A stretch of DNA of 64,000 nt from Oculina patagonica (GCF_052425735.1 NC_135768.1:18228001-18292000); one strand, 5' to 3'; positions 1 to 13,448 are shown, counted from the first letter of the stretch. Made by a program: numbers and translations. The notes: generated by a model not told the origin, from the sequence alone.

Positions 1-101
1 TAGAATTAGCATCACTGTACCTGCAATATTATTTCAATTTTACAGCACGGTTTTGCAGATTGTAGAGTAATCGTTCTTCTTCAGTTATTGACGAGACTGC
101 C

Positions 102-1037
102 ATGTACTCTAACGTGACGAATTCAGCTAAACAACCTCGGTTCAACAATAGCACTGCTTTTTATGGTGAAAATGTTGCAACTTCAGTTCTTCTCGCCCTT
201 ATCTCGCCTGTAGCAGTGGCAGGTAATGCTCTGGTTTTGGTGGCAATTTGGAGAAATCCGTCTTTCAGAACACCTTCTTACATTCTGCTCGCTGGATTGG
301 CCTTCACTGACTTTTGCACCGGACTCATCGTTCTGCCGTCTTCCGTTGCAAATGGGTTGATCTACCTAACAGACCCTCACATGAATTTAATTGACAAAAA
401 CAACTGGCCGACATCTTATTTGATAACTAGAATTATTGTCGATGTCAGTGCCACTTACTTATTTCATGTTACGATATTGGTGGTAACACTCATGTCCATT
501 GAGCGATGGCTGCACATGTCTCGTCGATCTTTGTTCACTGTTCGCCGCGCCTGTTTTGCAATTGCAATACTGTTGCTAACTCCTATCCCATTAGTTATTA
601 TTGTAGTTCAAAACACTTATGGTCGTAAATATATTGTCACGTCTCTGTCAATTTCGTTGCTTTGCATTACAACAACATCAGTAGCTTACTTCAAAGTTTT
701 TTGAATAATTCGTCGTCATCAGCAGCAAATTCAGGTCAGCGAATTGTCCCAAAATATGACGCGGCCAACGATAAACTTTGCTAAATACAAAAAATCCGTG
801 TTCACAATCCTTTATATTGTAGCTTTTTTCTACATAAGTTACTTGCCCATAGTGATCTCGTTTGGGTTATTGCTAATTTTGCCGATAAATGATTTCACCG
901 GTCCATTTGTAACCGTTTCATTGACACTTGTGTTCTTGTCTTCATCGCTTAACCCTCTTCTTTACATGTGGCGAATGAAAGATATTCGGAATGAAGTAAA
1001 ACAATTGGTCAGACGATTTTTTTGTCACGAAAACTAG
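102..1037 (+). pseudogene. Class A GPCR copy 1, full length but with one in-frame TGA (702-704) after TM5
   Basis: ORFs 102-704 and 744-1037 are in the same frame. TTC AAA GTT TTT TGA ATA ATT aligns to paralog TTT AAA GTT TTC CGA/AGA ATA ATT. GN, LAFTD, SIERW and NPLLY motifs are intact. Confidence 0.9.
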
Positions 1038-2935
1038 AAGTGTCAAACGCTGGATGAGATGTGTAAAAAATGTAACTAAGAAGAGATAGAAATAAATATT
1101 TGACCCACATGGCAAGGAATGAGGGACATTTTTCGGCGGTTTCCTGATGAAAGGGATATTTAATTCGTATGTGAGGTCATTTGGTGATATAACGGCCATT
1201 TTACTCTCCTCAGCCCCTGTTTGGAGTCTAAAAGAAATAACAGGCCTTATATCCTCCCTTCCCGCCTCCCCCACACTCCGCCAAAGATAAGTAATAATTT
1301 TCGCGCCCTCTCTTGTTTTTTGAGGCAGCCTGGAGCTTTATGGAGGGAACTGGGAACGAGGTTATATAGAGAGGTTACAAAGGCTTTAAACAAAATGTCG
1401 AGAACGATGCTGCTTCTGGACAAGATGTTCCGTATATTTCATTGTATACTTCCGTCTATAGGAAATGTTTTGACATCTTCAGGAAAGGAAAAATATGAAA
1501 AGTTTGCTGATGACGAATACCGTGGTAAGTATATGTTGGAGATATTTTGATCTCAAAGAACATGTGTTGCAGCTGGACGTCAACTTGATTAACGATCTTA
1601 TCTCGTCACTTTTGCTTCAAGGTTTAATAAGCTTGTACACAGAGCAAGATTTCTCATGGCAATGAACAAAACCATGGTGGAAACAACTCGTCAGGTTAGA
1701 ATTTTCTTGAAATTTGTTGACGTAACACTTCTACTGAACAAATCAGACTGATAACGTGATAATTATACAAAGGTTTATAGTATCAAAAAAAGTGGCTCAC
1801 CTTAATTCGATGACCATGGCCATTTTTGAACAATCGCGGTAACAGCTTCTAAATACTCCAGGGAGTTTTTGAAATTTTTAATTACCATACGAGCGGGAGA
1901 TTTGAACGATCGGCAAGACCGAAGGGTAAACAAATTTTACGCAGGGGAGTTGGTACTGGTATAGTTTGTTCGGTGCAAATTGTTACTCTCGGGTGGCTGG
2001 TAGGGTAAATGTTGCAAAAGTAAAAGCTGTCTTGTGGCTGACAAGTATGTCACCGGGATTAAATGTTCAAAGCTTTGGTTCGCGTCTTCAGTGATTTTAT
2101 CTCTCGGTCAGTCAAGTCAAAGTCTATAAAATTTGAAGATCGACTTTGTCAAGTGTCGACCGCCGCGACGCATGCAAATAATACTTAACTTCGTCTAACG
2201 CAATTTGGATGATAATCGATCTTAATTTTACTGAAAGCTTAAATATTTTACTCGAAAGCCTGCAAGCAAGGCGAGACAGTTTGGCTATCCATGCATGTGA
2301 TGAATGGTAAACTGTCATGCGAAAGGGCGGTTATGTTTGTTGTTTCTTTGTCGTTTCTATAGCTTTCTTTCCACCATGAAATAAAATCAAAACAATATTT
2401 AAAAAAACATAGCTTTTTAGATTGTTCTTTCAAATGATTCTTTTGTCTCAAAGTAATAACAAGAATTCTGGTAATTAAACATTGACCGTCAATGCAAAGA
2501 ACAAATACAATTTATGAAACCCAGGACAAAAACATTGCAAACGATAAATGTATCGATACTCTTTAAATTGTCAAAAAAAGATGTCATCATCTGCAAAACT
2601 GAGTGGCAGTTAAATCACTTTACATTTATTGTTATCAAGGGCAGTTCGGTTACCAAGAAGAAAAATCGTGCCTCACTATTTCCTTTTACATGGTGCGGTA
2701 CAAAGAAAACAGCAGCTGATGTGCTTTCAAAGGTCCTTCTTTAATATATTTTGTTTATCTTAGAGAATTATTCTCTATAATTCTGACAATAAAGTTTTTT
2801 ATGCAAAGCTGAATGCAATTACAGAATATATCACTTTTTGGACTCCCGTCCTCTTTGTTAATAGCCTTCCCCGACGACATTGGCGAAGAAAAGGCCCAAC
2901 GGAGAGATGCCCATAACAGCTTTAAATGAAAATCA

Positions 2936-4127
2936 AAGTCTCTTCGAGATACCGACTTTTTTGCATGAAGTATGAGTCGGAGGTTTATCCTGTGCATTGT
3001 TATTCGAACTTATCATTACAGTTGCTTTGTAGTTTAGTTTAACAATTTCCTATCTTCGCGGAGAAAATGCAGCCATATAATTTTGTCAAAAATGGCTCGT
3101 CCGCGCCGGGTATTTATACACATATTCCTCAACATTACACAAATAAACAGTGCAAATTTCACCGAGATCTGACAATTCTATACTTTAAAATTGCAAGGAC
3201 CTTTCGAGGCAGTCGATTACGGCAGCGAAATTAGCAAATGAAACAGCAAAATATGCGTTCGACGCTTTGTTTTTGCGACGCCATACGGTATTTGAATTGT
3301 TATAGGTAGACCGCTGTTCAATGTGTTCAAGGCCGTATCGTTACGATTGCTCCACGAAAAAGCACGAAAAAAATACGGATATTTCCGACTACTGTCGGAG
3401 AAAACATTGCGCATATAATTGCGGCGTAAACAAATTTATATGGCTTTTGTTTAAAAACAAAAGCCATATATACAGTGAATGCTTTCGAATTATATTTGAA
3501 GATGAAATACGAAAGAATTTTGCTGTCTTTGACTGAAATTCCACTCGAACTGCGTAGATACGATCGCATGTTGTAAAGCCGATTCATGCAACATTGCTGT
3601 CAACGCGAGGTCACGTCCCTAACGACCTAGGCTGATGACGAAATAGAATGGCGCTTGTAGCGACCAAATTTGGCCTAATTTTTAACCGCTCCTATGCTAA
3701 AAGAAGCCCCCACCTCTTGCATTTGTTTTAACTTCAATAATATCTTTGAAAAGAGCGAGTTTTTTGGTATGGTTTATTTTTGACGTTTGTAATTTTCAAA
3801 CGATGTAAGTGCTAGTGATTATTTATTCGTGTTTTAGCGTTAGTTACGCAATCCATTGTTTGTGCGACGCTTTTTATAGATCGCCTTTCAGACACACGTG
3901 CGTTGAGATAAGAAAGCTGACATGTCACTTTTAAAATTGTTATATAACGTTTGTAAATGTGACAAGTCACGTTTTTTCCACGAGATCGCAAGTGATCACC
4001 CACAGCGGAAAGTAATCCCTTGAGAAATTAAAAAAGTCCCTTGAGAGTAAACAAGAATGTGGTTCCAAATTTTGCCCCACATAACTGCTATTCTCCTACT
4101 TTCGCTTGTAAACAAGCAAAAAAGTCG
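2936..4127. mobile_element. ~1.2-kb insertion in the GPCR spacer with subterminal 12-bp inverted repeat
   Basis: Absent from paralogous spacers (e.g. 11085-11120). CGACTTTTTTGC at 2953-2964 matches GCAAAAAAGTCG at 4116-4127. No clear TSD; boundaries approximate. Confidence 0.45.
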
Positions 4128-4195
4128 AAAAAAATGCTTTGTTGACTAGAATGAATAGTAAAAAAAACTTAATGAAAAAAAGCAATGTGCAAGAC

Positions 4196-4250
4196 TATAA
4201 ATAGCACGTGAAATCATCTTACTTTATTTTACGGCACACTTTTGTAGGTT
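4196..4250 (+). promoter_or_regulatory. Conserved TATA box plus CANNTG core promoter of clade-A GPCR copies
   Basis: TATAAATAGCACGTGAA...TTACTTTATTTTACGGCACACTTTTGTAGG recurs at 8668-8722, 11163-11217 and 24174-24228, about 95 bp upstream of the ATG where one survives. Confidence 0.6.
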
Positions 4251-4283
4251 AAGAAACTATTTTCATTCCTTAGATATAGTCTG

Positions 4284-5178
4284 CATCGCCAACTGTCCAC
4301 CTTTCAGCAAAAATTCTGCTGTTTGTACATCAAGTCTTTCATCTACAATTCTCTTTGCCCTCTTCTCGCCTGTAGCAGTGACAGGAAATGCTCTTGTTTG
4401 TGTGGCAATTTGGAGGAACCCGTCACTCAGAACACCTTCTTACATTCTTCTTGCTGGATTGGCCTTTACCGACCTTTGCTCTGGATTAATAGCTCAGCCT
4501 TTTTTGGTTGCAAATGGGTTGATCTACCAACAGACCATCAGACCATCAGATGAATTTAACGGACTTTTTTCATAACAAGAGCTATTGCGATAGTTGTAGC
4601 TCGTACTTTTTTCTAGTTACGATACTGATAATGACATTTGTGTCGATTGAGCGATGGCTGCACATGTCTCGTCGATCTTTGGTCACTGTTCGCCGCGCCT
4701 GCCTTACAGTTGCAGTACTTTTGCTTATTCCCATCCCGTTGGTTGTGACTTACGTTCAGTATTTTCTCAGTTGGAGTTGCTAGTTTTTTAGTTTTACTAT
4801 TTTGCCTTACTCTCACATCAATAGCTTACTTAAAAGTTTTCAGAATAATTCGTCGTCATCAGCGGCAAATTCAAGCCAATGAATTGTCCCAAAATGTTGC
4901 TCAACCAGCGATCAACTTCAAGAAGTACAAGAAATCCGTTTACACAATCCTTTATATTCTAGCTGTTTTCTATATTTCATACATACCCTTATGTATCTCT
5001 TTAGGGTTAGCACTAGTTTCGTCTCTAAATGAATTCACTTTTATCTTTTTTGTCGTTTCAACATTACTTGTAAATTTGTCTTCTTTACGTAATCCTTTTC
5101 TGTATTTTGTTGCGAATGAATGATATTCGAAATGGAGTCAAGGATTTAGTTAGGAAAATGTTTCGTCATAATGTTTAG
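4284..5178 (+). pseudogene. Class A GPCR copy 2, frameshifted pseudogene
   Basis: ATG region deleted relative to paralogs. GPCR-like segments are split across ORFs 4378, 4550 and 4884, with an 8-bp GACCATCA duplication at 4533-4548 and further indels. Ancestral TAG at 5176-5178. Confidence 0.92.
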
Positions 5179-6669
5179 ATAACAACTTTTAGTTGATTAA
5201 ACACTTTCATATCGCATCTCTAACGAAGAAACTTTGGAAAGATTAAAGAGACTGAGCCCCTCTATGGTATTTTCGAAGAAATCAAAGACGCGACTATTAC
5301 CGCGGAAAAAAGGAAGATCTCAAGATTGAAGTTCGAGCTTATAGGTCTGTATAAAAGTATCCTTGAAAAGAATTAAATATCATCAATAAAATCAAACACT
5401 GACTAAACAGAACAGCGTTAATTTTCCTTGCTATTGCAAACATAATTGCGGCGAAAACAAAGTCAGCCAGTAATCCCATCATGGCTTCAGCCTCGTTTAA
5501 TTCTCGAAGACAAGTTTCATTGAGCCATTATTAACAAAACACTAGCTAAAAGACTGATTCAGGTTAAAGGGACTATGTCATGGAGATTTCGCAGAGTTTT
5601 GTTCTAAACTGTCCTGAAATTAGTGGAAGGACCTATAGAAAAACAATACCTTTGAACATCTAAAGGAAGATATAACCTTCATTAAAACAAGCCACGGCTA
5701 TAAATATTGGTTTTTTTGAAGATGCTTGGAAACAATTTGAAAACGTTTGCCTGACGTTTTCAAATTGCAATCCGACGGACTTACGAACACATGAAAGTAT
5801 ATTGCTCTTCAAGATCGGAATAGCTGCTCACCAACCGTTGTAAATGTGAAAGGACAAAACAGAAGTGGAATTAAAGGCCTCGATGTTCTTCAAAAGGCGA
5901 GTATTTATTTCGTTCTTGACAAAAACGAAATGAGTTTTACCGTTCGTGGTTTGTTGTTGTTTGTGCATTTGAAAATGATTTTCACGCCACTGCGGGTTTT
6001 CAGACTCCATTTGCGAGTGAACTGCCATGTTTTATTTGATACTATTTGCCAAAACAAAACACTATTTGCCGTCATTCAAGAAAATCTGATTCTTTAATAA
6101 AAAACGGTATAATTAATTTTCCAATATTGTACCGTGCGTGGACGACCAAACTACGCATTTCATTCAGTTTCGCGGGCCAATTTTTGACATGCATGTTCAT
6201 CAGAATAAAATTATGCTGTCAACGCAGAAATGATTTGTGTGTATAGCTTGAGAAACTGCTTTTGAGTCGGAGTATTTTAGAGTAAGAAAAATTGGCTTAA
6301 GGTGACACCCTGCGAGCAGTTCCTTTTAGAGCAGTAAAAACATAATTTTATCGGGAAGCCGAAATCCATTTACAAGTGTGTAGTTTTGTGCTGCCTAATT
6401 TCGACTTATTTCTATGCTTTCCTTGACTCTCCCAATATACGGAACCTTTCTTGAGTACGATACATTCTTAGCGAAGCCAATTTTCGAAATTAAAGAGCAA
6501 ACACTGATACTTCACTCATTCTTACCCGTCGATTTATAAATAGCCTGTGTACAGCCGTTCCGCTCGTTCAAGTTGAAATTGCACAAATGCGCGCGTACGC
6601 AAACAAAGAATTTCCAACACTTTTTCTGGGTTTCTTTTCAAAACAAACTTAAGTAGGAAAAAATAGAAA

Positions 6670-6985
6670 CGTTATTTGCCGGCCTAGGTCGGTCCGTATA
6701 GAAAAAACTGTACACTTCGATCACAGCGAAATCATCCAGGTGGGTTGTTGATCGCCCAAATTTAACGCTTACAGAGTATTCACCTGGGCGGGTAGTAAGT
6801 TATTCGCCCTAATGTTTTTATTAGTATATAAGAATAATTGGCCTTTTCTATTGTCTACGCACATTTTTATGTATTTATAGTGCTGTCTTATTTTTTTGGA
6901 AAACTGGGTATAAAGTTTAAATCCCGCTCAAGACCTCGGCCACAGCTTTTTAGACTTTTTAAGAAACGGACCTCCCGGCCGACAA
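6670..6985. repeat. Imperfect palindromic (MITE-like) element nested in the Kolobok-like element
   Basis: GCCGGCCTAGGTCGGTCCGTATAGAAAAAACTGT is partly complementary to ACAGCTTTTT...ACGGACCTCCCGGCCG. Confidence 0.45.
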
Positions 6986-7552
6986 CTTGGCAATATTTAA
7001 GCTTATGTTTTGACAAACACAACACACTGAGATCTTAACAGTAACGGTTATCTTTAATTCTCTTGAATCCTGAACGCAGAACTTTAAAAGGACATAAAAA
7101 ACAAACACATACAGCAAAACATTCAGGCTTACAGTCAGGATGTTAGTTTAATAAATTAAATCCACGGCATTTCACGTGCATGATGCTACAAGCGTCTACG
7201 TTTTCGCCGCAAACGTACGCGTTTTTGGATGCTGAATTTACCATTCCGAAAGGTCTCCATCCTATGATGATTTTCTACTGTCTCTGTGATACGTTACAAT
7301 TTGATGGCTAGCTTGATAAGGCGCAAAAAGAAATCTCTGAGCTCTGATCACAGCCGCCATGAAAGCTTCGAACTCAAACTTACGGGCCGCGCGCGTTTGT
7401 GGGATACGGCATTAAAATTTTTCTCCCCAGTCCCCCAATATGACGTCACAGATCACCTGGCAATAATGCTAGTTAACAGTTTCAGTGCTCTAACATAACA
7501 ATTTTTTTTATTAAAATAGACTGTTATTTCAAGGTGTCGTGCGACACAAATA

Positions 7553-7727
7553 CAGTTGAATCCCGATAACTCGAACCCTCAGTAACTCGAACTCCCGCTA
7601 ACTCGAACCTTTCTCGATTCCCCTTCAGGTCAGTTTCTTACTAATTTTACCCTCGATAACTCGAACTTCCGGTATCTCGAACCTTTTTCGATTTCCCGTG
7701 AAGGTTCGAGTTATCGGGATTCAACTC
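7553..7727. mobile_element. Tc1/mariner (pogo-like) MITE, TA TSD, nested in the Kolobok-like element
   Basis: TA|CAGTTGAATCCCGATAACTCGAACC ... GGTTCGAGTTATCGGGATTCAACTC|TA; internal repeats of TAACTCGAAC. Confidence 0.88.
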
Positions 7728-8763
7728 TATAACTTTTGGCTGTTTAAAATTCGGGTAGAATCCGTAACATAGTCCCCTTAATTTACTTGTCTACAGGTTT
7801 CTTGCTTCCAAAAATGAAATACAAGGAAGACTATATGACAAGATATCTTTGGATCGCACTACCTTTGCGAGGGCCTGCAAGACAGGTATAATTACTACGA
7901 AAGCCTGCAATAACGGCAAGCCATTTTCTGCTTCCATAATCTCATTCAAATTAGAACCTTACGTGTGGCATATGAATTTATTTGGTTTCTTATCACTATA
8001 TACTCGTTTACACTGAGCAGTAATAATGTTAAATCGTTTTGATAAAGAGAAAATTCAATTAGTGCAAAATCTCTTTTTGAAAGCCAACCGTTAACAACAT
8101 AACACGGATTTAATCCAAAAGAATAAGCTTAAGAGAGATATTACAATCGTAACCGCCAATTCAACTTAACAGTGCAATTAATGTATTGGTTGAGAAAATA
8201 TTATAATTGCAGTACTGTAGTGAAGAGAAACGATCTAAACATTTTACCCTATATTACGGCAATTAAAGATGAATGCTGAAAATAAGGTTTTCTGCACAAA
8301 GTTAACTGTAATTACAGAATATATCACTTTTTGGACACCTACTGTATCTGGTATTTAAATTGCCCTCCCCGACGAAATTAGCGAAAAAAAAGGCCCAACG
8401 GAGAAATATTACAAACAATAAATGCCTTTCAAAGCTATATACTTTGCTAACTAGAATGGATACGGTTTTTTCTATGCAAAGATAAATGCAATTACAGAAT
8501 CTATCAGTTTTTTGGACACCCGTCCGCTATGTAAATTGCCCTCCCCGACGAAATTGGCGAAAAAAGACCCACCGAGAAATATTACACATGGAACCATAAA
8601 GACTTTGTTAACTAGAATGGATATAAAAAAAAAAACCTTTTGTTGATGAAAAAAACGTGGGGAATGTTTCAAATAGCAGGTGAAATGATGTTACTTTATT
8701 TTACGGCACACTTTTGTAGGTTAAAGAATACTTCCTCACTTCTTGGCTACAGACCGCATCACC

Positions 8764-9699
8764 ATGTACCATAACGTGACTATTTCACCTACGAAACCTC
8801 CGCTCGCTAAAAATTCTGTCTTTTAAGCGTCAACTCTTTCATCTTCAGTTGCCCTCGCCCTTTCCTCGCCTGTAACAGTAACATTAAATGCTCTGGTTTT
8901 GGCGGCAATCTGGAGGAAACCGTCCCTCAGAACAACTTCTTACATTCTTCTCGCTGGATTGGCATTTACCGACTTTTGCAGTGGGTTAGTTAATCACCCT
9001 CTTTTGGTTGCAATTGGGATGATCTACCTAACTGACCATCAGATGATTTCAGCTGATGAAAAGAGCTGGCCGACATCTTTACTTACATTAATTGCTATTG
9101 CAAGAGCATTCAGTATGTACTTTTTTCAAGTTACGATACTTATAATGACATTTATGTCCATTGAACGATGGCTGCACATGTCTCGTCGATCTTTAGTCAC
9201 TGTTCGCCGCGCCTCGTTTATGGTTGCAGTAATTTTGCTCATTCCAATGCCGTTGGCCGTGACTCATGTTCAAGAATTCAGTATTTTCTTAGTTAGAGTT
9301 GTTGTTATCTCAATTTTGCTATTTTGCCTTTCTCTTACATCAGTGGCTTACTTTAAAGTTTTCAGAATAATTCGTCTTCATCAACAGCAAATTCACGCCA
9401 ACGAATTGTCCCAAAACGTTGCTCAACCAGCGATCAACTTCGAGAAGTACAAGAAATCCATTTTTACAATCCTTTATATTTTAGCTCTTTTCTATATATC
9501 CTACTTGCCCACAGTTATCTCTTTGGGGTCAGTGCTAGTTTTGTCGATGAATGAATTCACTTCTATATTTCTAATCGCATCAACGATACTCGTTTGTTTA
9601 TCTTCTTTACTTAATCCTCTTCTGTACTTGTGGCGAATGAATGATATTCGAACTGAAGTCAGGGATTTAGTTAAGAAAATGATTTGTATTAACAGCTAG
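8764..9699 (+). pseudogene. Class A GPCR copy 3, one premature TAA at codon 21 (8824-8826), otherwise intact
   Basis: ATG TAC CAT AAC at 8764 matches the paralog starts. TTT TAA replaces TTT TAT. The downstream ORF 8899-9699 is in frame and carries the TM2-TM7 motifs. Confidence 0.88.
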
Positions 9700-11257
9700 A
9701 TACCAAGTATTAGTTGATTGAACAGTTTCCCATTGCATCTCTAATGAAGGAAGTTATAGGAGATTTTTTGTTCAAAGAGACTCGCTGAGCTGCATTCTGA
9801 ATTAATGTTGAATAAATTTAACTTTTGAAATAATTATCGCATCTCGTCTTCAGTCTTTTTAACTCGTAAAGACAGGTTTCTTTGAGACGTCATTAACAAA
9901 ACATTAGCTAAAAGACGGACAACGGAATTTGGATGAGTGTCGAGCTTTTAAAACTGAGATGCCTTTGCTCACCAAGCAAGGCCCGAATCCAGTCGTGCAA
10001 GTTTTAACATTCTGTCAGTGTGGTAACAAAACAGTCGGTAAAAAAATCATCGACTTGTCGAGCCTAGAAATTGAAGCCAGCGAAAGCCACATTGGCACTG
10101 ATTTAATATTCTGTTCCTAATACCCGCTTTACAGATTCAGGTTACTGTTAGTGTACTTGTTAACGGGTTTCTTGCGTCCAAAAATGGAACATAGTGAAGT
10201 CTAAATGACGCGATTTCTTTGGGCGTCACTACCTCTGCGAGGTCCTGCAAGACACGTATTACTATTAAGAAAGCCTGCAAATAACGCCAGTCATTTTTGC
10301 TACCATAATCTCACTCAAAGAAGACCCATCCGTGTGGCATATACATTTCTTTGGCTTGTTCTCACGACTCGTTTACATTGAGCAGTAATAATGAGAAATC
10401 TTTTTAATACAAAGAAATTCAATTAGTGCAATATCTCTTTTCCGAAGGCCAACGGCTAAGAACATTACATATGTACTATGATTAAATTCAAAAGACGCAG
10501 CTGCAGAGAGAATTACAAACCTCCAATTCCTCTTCACAGTGCAATTAAAGGATTGGCTGAAAAAATATTATATTTGCAGCACTTTAGCAAAGACAAACGA
10601 TTTTTATCTTTTTACACCACTTACTTTCGCAAAGATAAATCGTTCGGCGATTTTCTGCTCACTCTTTAGCTCAATCTTAGACATATTCATGTACTATCGA
10701 AAAATTGTTAAAAAATAATATACTTAAAAGATATCATCATCTGTAGTAGTTGCAGGTTAGCGCATTTCATTTGTCTTTATAAAGCACAGTTCGGTTACCA
10801 AGAAGAATAATCGTGCCTTTCGCTTTTCTTTGAAATGGAAAGATACAAAGACAACAGCGGCTGCTGTGCCTTATAGATCATTCTTTAATATATCTTTATT
10901 TATCTTTGAGTAGTAATTGCTAGAATTCTGACAATAAGGTTTTCAGTGAAAAGCTAAATGCAATTACAAGAAAAATCTTTTTTCGGACAACCTACTGCTA
11001 TGTTAATTGTCCTCCCTGATGAAATCGGGGAAAAAAGGCCCAACGGAGGGATATTGCTAGCAAATCACCCAAGGGCTTAAAAGCTTTGAATGAAAAATAT
11101 GCTTTGTGTACTAGATTGGATATTAAAAGAATATTATTGAAAAAATAATCCATGAGCAACACTATAAATAGCAAGTGAAGTGATCTTACCTTATTTTATA
11201 ACACAGTTTTGTAGGTTAAAATATAGTCCTCATTTCTTGGCTATAGGCTGCATCAAC

Positions 11258-12196
11258 ATGTACCATAACATGACTAATTCGCCTACAATACCTCCTCTCG
11301 ACAAAAATTCTGTTTTTTATGCATCAAGTGTTTCATTTTCAGTTCTCCTCACCTTGTTTTCGCCTATAGCAGTGACAGGAAATGCTCTTGTTTTTACGGC
11401 AATCTTGAGGAACCCGTCCATTAGAACTCCTTCTTACATTCTTCTCGCTGGATTGGCGTTTACCGACTTTTGCACTGGATTGATCGTTATTCCTATTTTG
11501 GTTGCGAATGTGTTGATCTACCTAACAGACCATCAGATGATCTTAGCTGACACAAATAGCTGGTCGACTGCTTTTATGACAACAAGAGCTATTGGCAGAG
11601 GTTGCAGTTTGTATGTTAGCTTCCAAGTCACGATACTGACAACAACCCTCATGTCCATTGAGCGATGGCTGCACATGTCTCGTCGATCTTTAGTCACTGT
11701 TCGCCGCGCCTGGTTTACTGTTACAGTACTTTTGCTCATTCCAATCCCGTTGGTTGTGACTTACGTTCAAGATTTCAGTACTTCCTTTCTTAGGACTGCT
11801 ATGATTTCAATTTTGGTGTTTTGCCTTACTCTCACATCTGTAGCTTACTTAAAAATTTTCGGAATAATTCGTCGTCATCAGCAGCAAATTCACGCGAACA
11901 AATTGTCCCAAAACGTTGCTCAACCAGCGATCAACTTTGAGAAGTACAAGAAATCCGTTTTTACAATCCTTTATATTCTAGCTGTTTTCTACATAAGTTA
12001 CTTGCCCACAGTTGTCTGTTTAGGGTTAGCCCTAGTTTTATCGATAACTGAATTTACTTTTATATTTTTCACTGTTTCAGAGATACTTGTATATTTATCT
12101 TCTTTACTTAACCCTCTACTGTACTTGTGGCGAATGAATGATATTCGAAGTGAAGTCAGGGGTTTAGTTAGGAAAATATTTTGTCAAGACAGCTAG
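11258..12196 (+). CDS. Intronless class A orphan GPCR (312 aa), copy 4
   Basis: First ATG (MYHNMTNS) matches the paralog starts. 7 hydrophobic segments; GN, LAFTD, SIERW, SYLP and NPLLY motifs; N-terminal N-glycosylation sequon. Confidence 0.93.
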   Translation: MYHNMTNSPTIPPLDKNSVFYASSVSFSVLLTLFSPIAVTGNALVFTAILRNPSIRTPSYILLAGLAFTDFCTGLIVIPILVANVLIYLTDHQMILADTNSWSTAFMTTRAIGRGCSLYVSFQVTILTTTLMSIERWLHMSRRSLVTVRRAWFTVTVLLLIPIPLVVTYVQDFSTSFLRTAMISILVFCLTLTSVAYLKIFGIIRRHQQQIHANKLSQNVAQPAINFEKYKKSVFTILYILAVFYISYLPTVVCLGLALVLSITEFTFIFFTVSEILVYLSSLLNPLLYLWRMNDIRSEVRGLVRKIFCQDS

Positions 12197-13077
12197 ATAA
12201 CATGTATTGGTTCATTGAACAGTTTTTCATCTCTAATGAAGAAACGTTAGAGGAGATCTGATTAAGGAGACTTTCACAGACTGCATTAATTTATTTCTAA
12301 TAAATTGACTGAAATAAATATCAAATCTCGGCTTCAGCAGTCTTGTTTAATTCTTGAAGATATGTTCCTTAAAACCGTTTCTGACGAAAAAGATGGACAG
12401 CGGAATGTGCAAAACCTTCCGTGTCTTTTATAAATTTCTTCAGGTACCGCTAATACAAAATCAAAATTAAGGTCAGCAGTTTGAGTACAAATTTCAAAAC
12501 ACCGATGAAGGCGCATTTGCATGTACGCGCTTGAATCAAAAATGGCCTGGTGGTGTTTGTTTTCGTAAAATTTATAATAATTAATACGTGTTGGACATTC
12601 TATGACCAATTTCCCGGCTTGGCCGTGGTTATATTCGACACCCAAGGTTATTTAATTAATTTCAGAAAAAAGCGATCGAAAATCAATCCTTAGTTAGGCC
12701 AATGAGCCTCCAATTTTAATTCTAAAAATAATATATAAAGATAAATTCTATCTGAAATGAGATTCATTGAGAAATGCAGATCTTTCATTGAAAACACTAC
12801 TTGTTTAACTTTGAGCATAATTTTGAAAACAATCAACAACGAAAAGAAAGAAATAAAATTCAATACGATTAGTTTAATACACATAAAAAGATATCATCCA
12901 GCACAAGATGCAAGCAAATCGCTTTCCATTTAATTCTATAAGGCGCAGTTCAGTAACCAAGAAGAACAATCGTGTCTCACGCATGGCTGTGAAACAGTAC
13001 GGTTCAAAGACAGTAGCCGCTGATTTGCTTTGAAAAGTCCTTTTTGTAATCTATCTTTGTTTATCTTTTAGTAGTGA

Positions 13078-13237
13078 TTTGTCGATAACTGAATACACAT
13101 TTTTATTTTTCACTGTTTCAGCGGTGTTTGTATACTTATCTTCTTTACTTAATCCTCTTCTGTACTTATGGCGAATGAATGATATTCGGAATGAAGTCAG
13201 ACATTTATTTAAGAAAATGTTTTGTCAAGACAATTAG
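13078..13237 (+). pseudogene. 3' GPCR fragment (TM7 and helix 8 only)
   Basis: Encodes ...LSSLLNPLLYLWRMNDIRNEVRHLFKKMFCQDN*, fused directly to upstream spacer sequence, which indicates a deletion. Confidence 0.88.
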
Positions 13238-13448
13238 ATAACAAGTATTAGTAGATTTAACAGTTTTCTATCGCATTTCTAATGAAGAAACGTTAGAGGA
13301 GACTTGATACAAGAGACCGAGTCATTAGCTACACCTTAAATTCATGTGTAAATAAATTTAACTTTTGAAACAAATATCACGCCTCGGCTTCAGTCTTGTT
13401 TAATTCCTGAAGATATGTTTCTTTGAGCCGTTATTAGCGTAACAAGAA

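Larger units (their letters stand above)
5568..7777. mobile_element. Non-autonomous DNA transposon with TTAA TSD (Kolobok-like)
   Basis: TTAA|AGGGACTATGTCATGGA ... TCCGTAACATAGTCCCC|TTAA. The empty site TTCAGTTAATTCACTTGT is seen in the paralogous spacer at 13867. Confidence 0.8.

Noticed and set aside
702-704. Selenocysteine recoding of the in-frame TGA
   Set aside because: The position is Arg in all paralogs, not Cys, and no SECIS was recognised.
3632-3643. CTGATGACGAAA hammerhead-like core
   Set aside because: No room for stem II and no convincing stems I/III.
11180-11257. N-terminal extensions from GTG/TTG starts in the ORF track (also 28100, 35829, 43015)
   Set aside because: Bacterial-style starts; the first ATG in each ORF is used instead, and at 11258, 28118 and 35853 it aligns with paralog starts.
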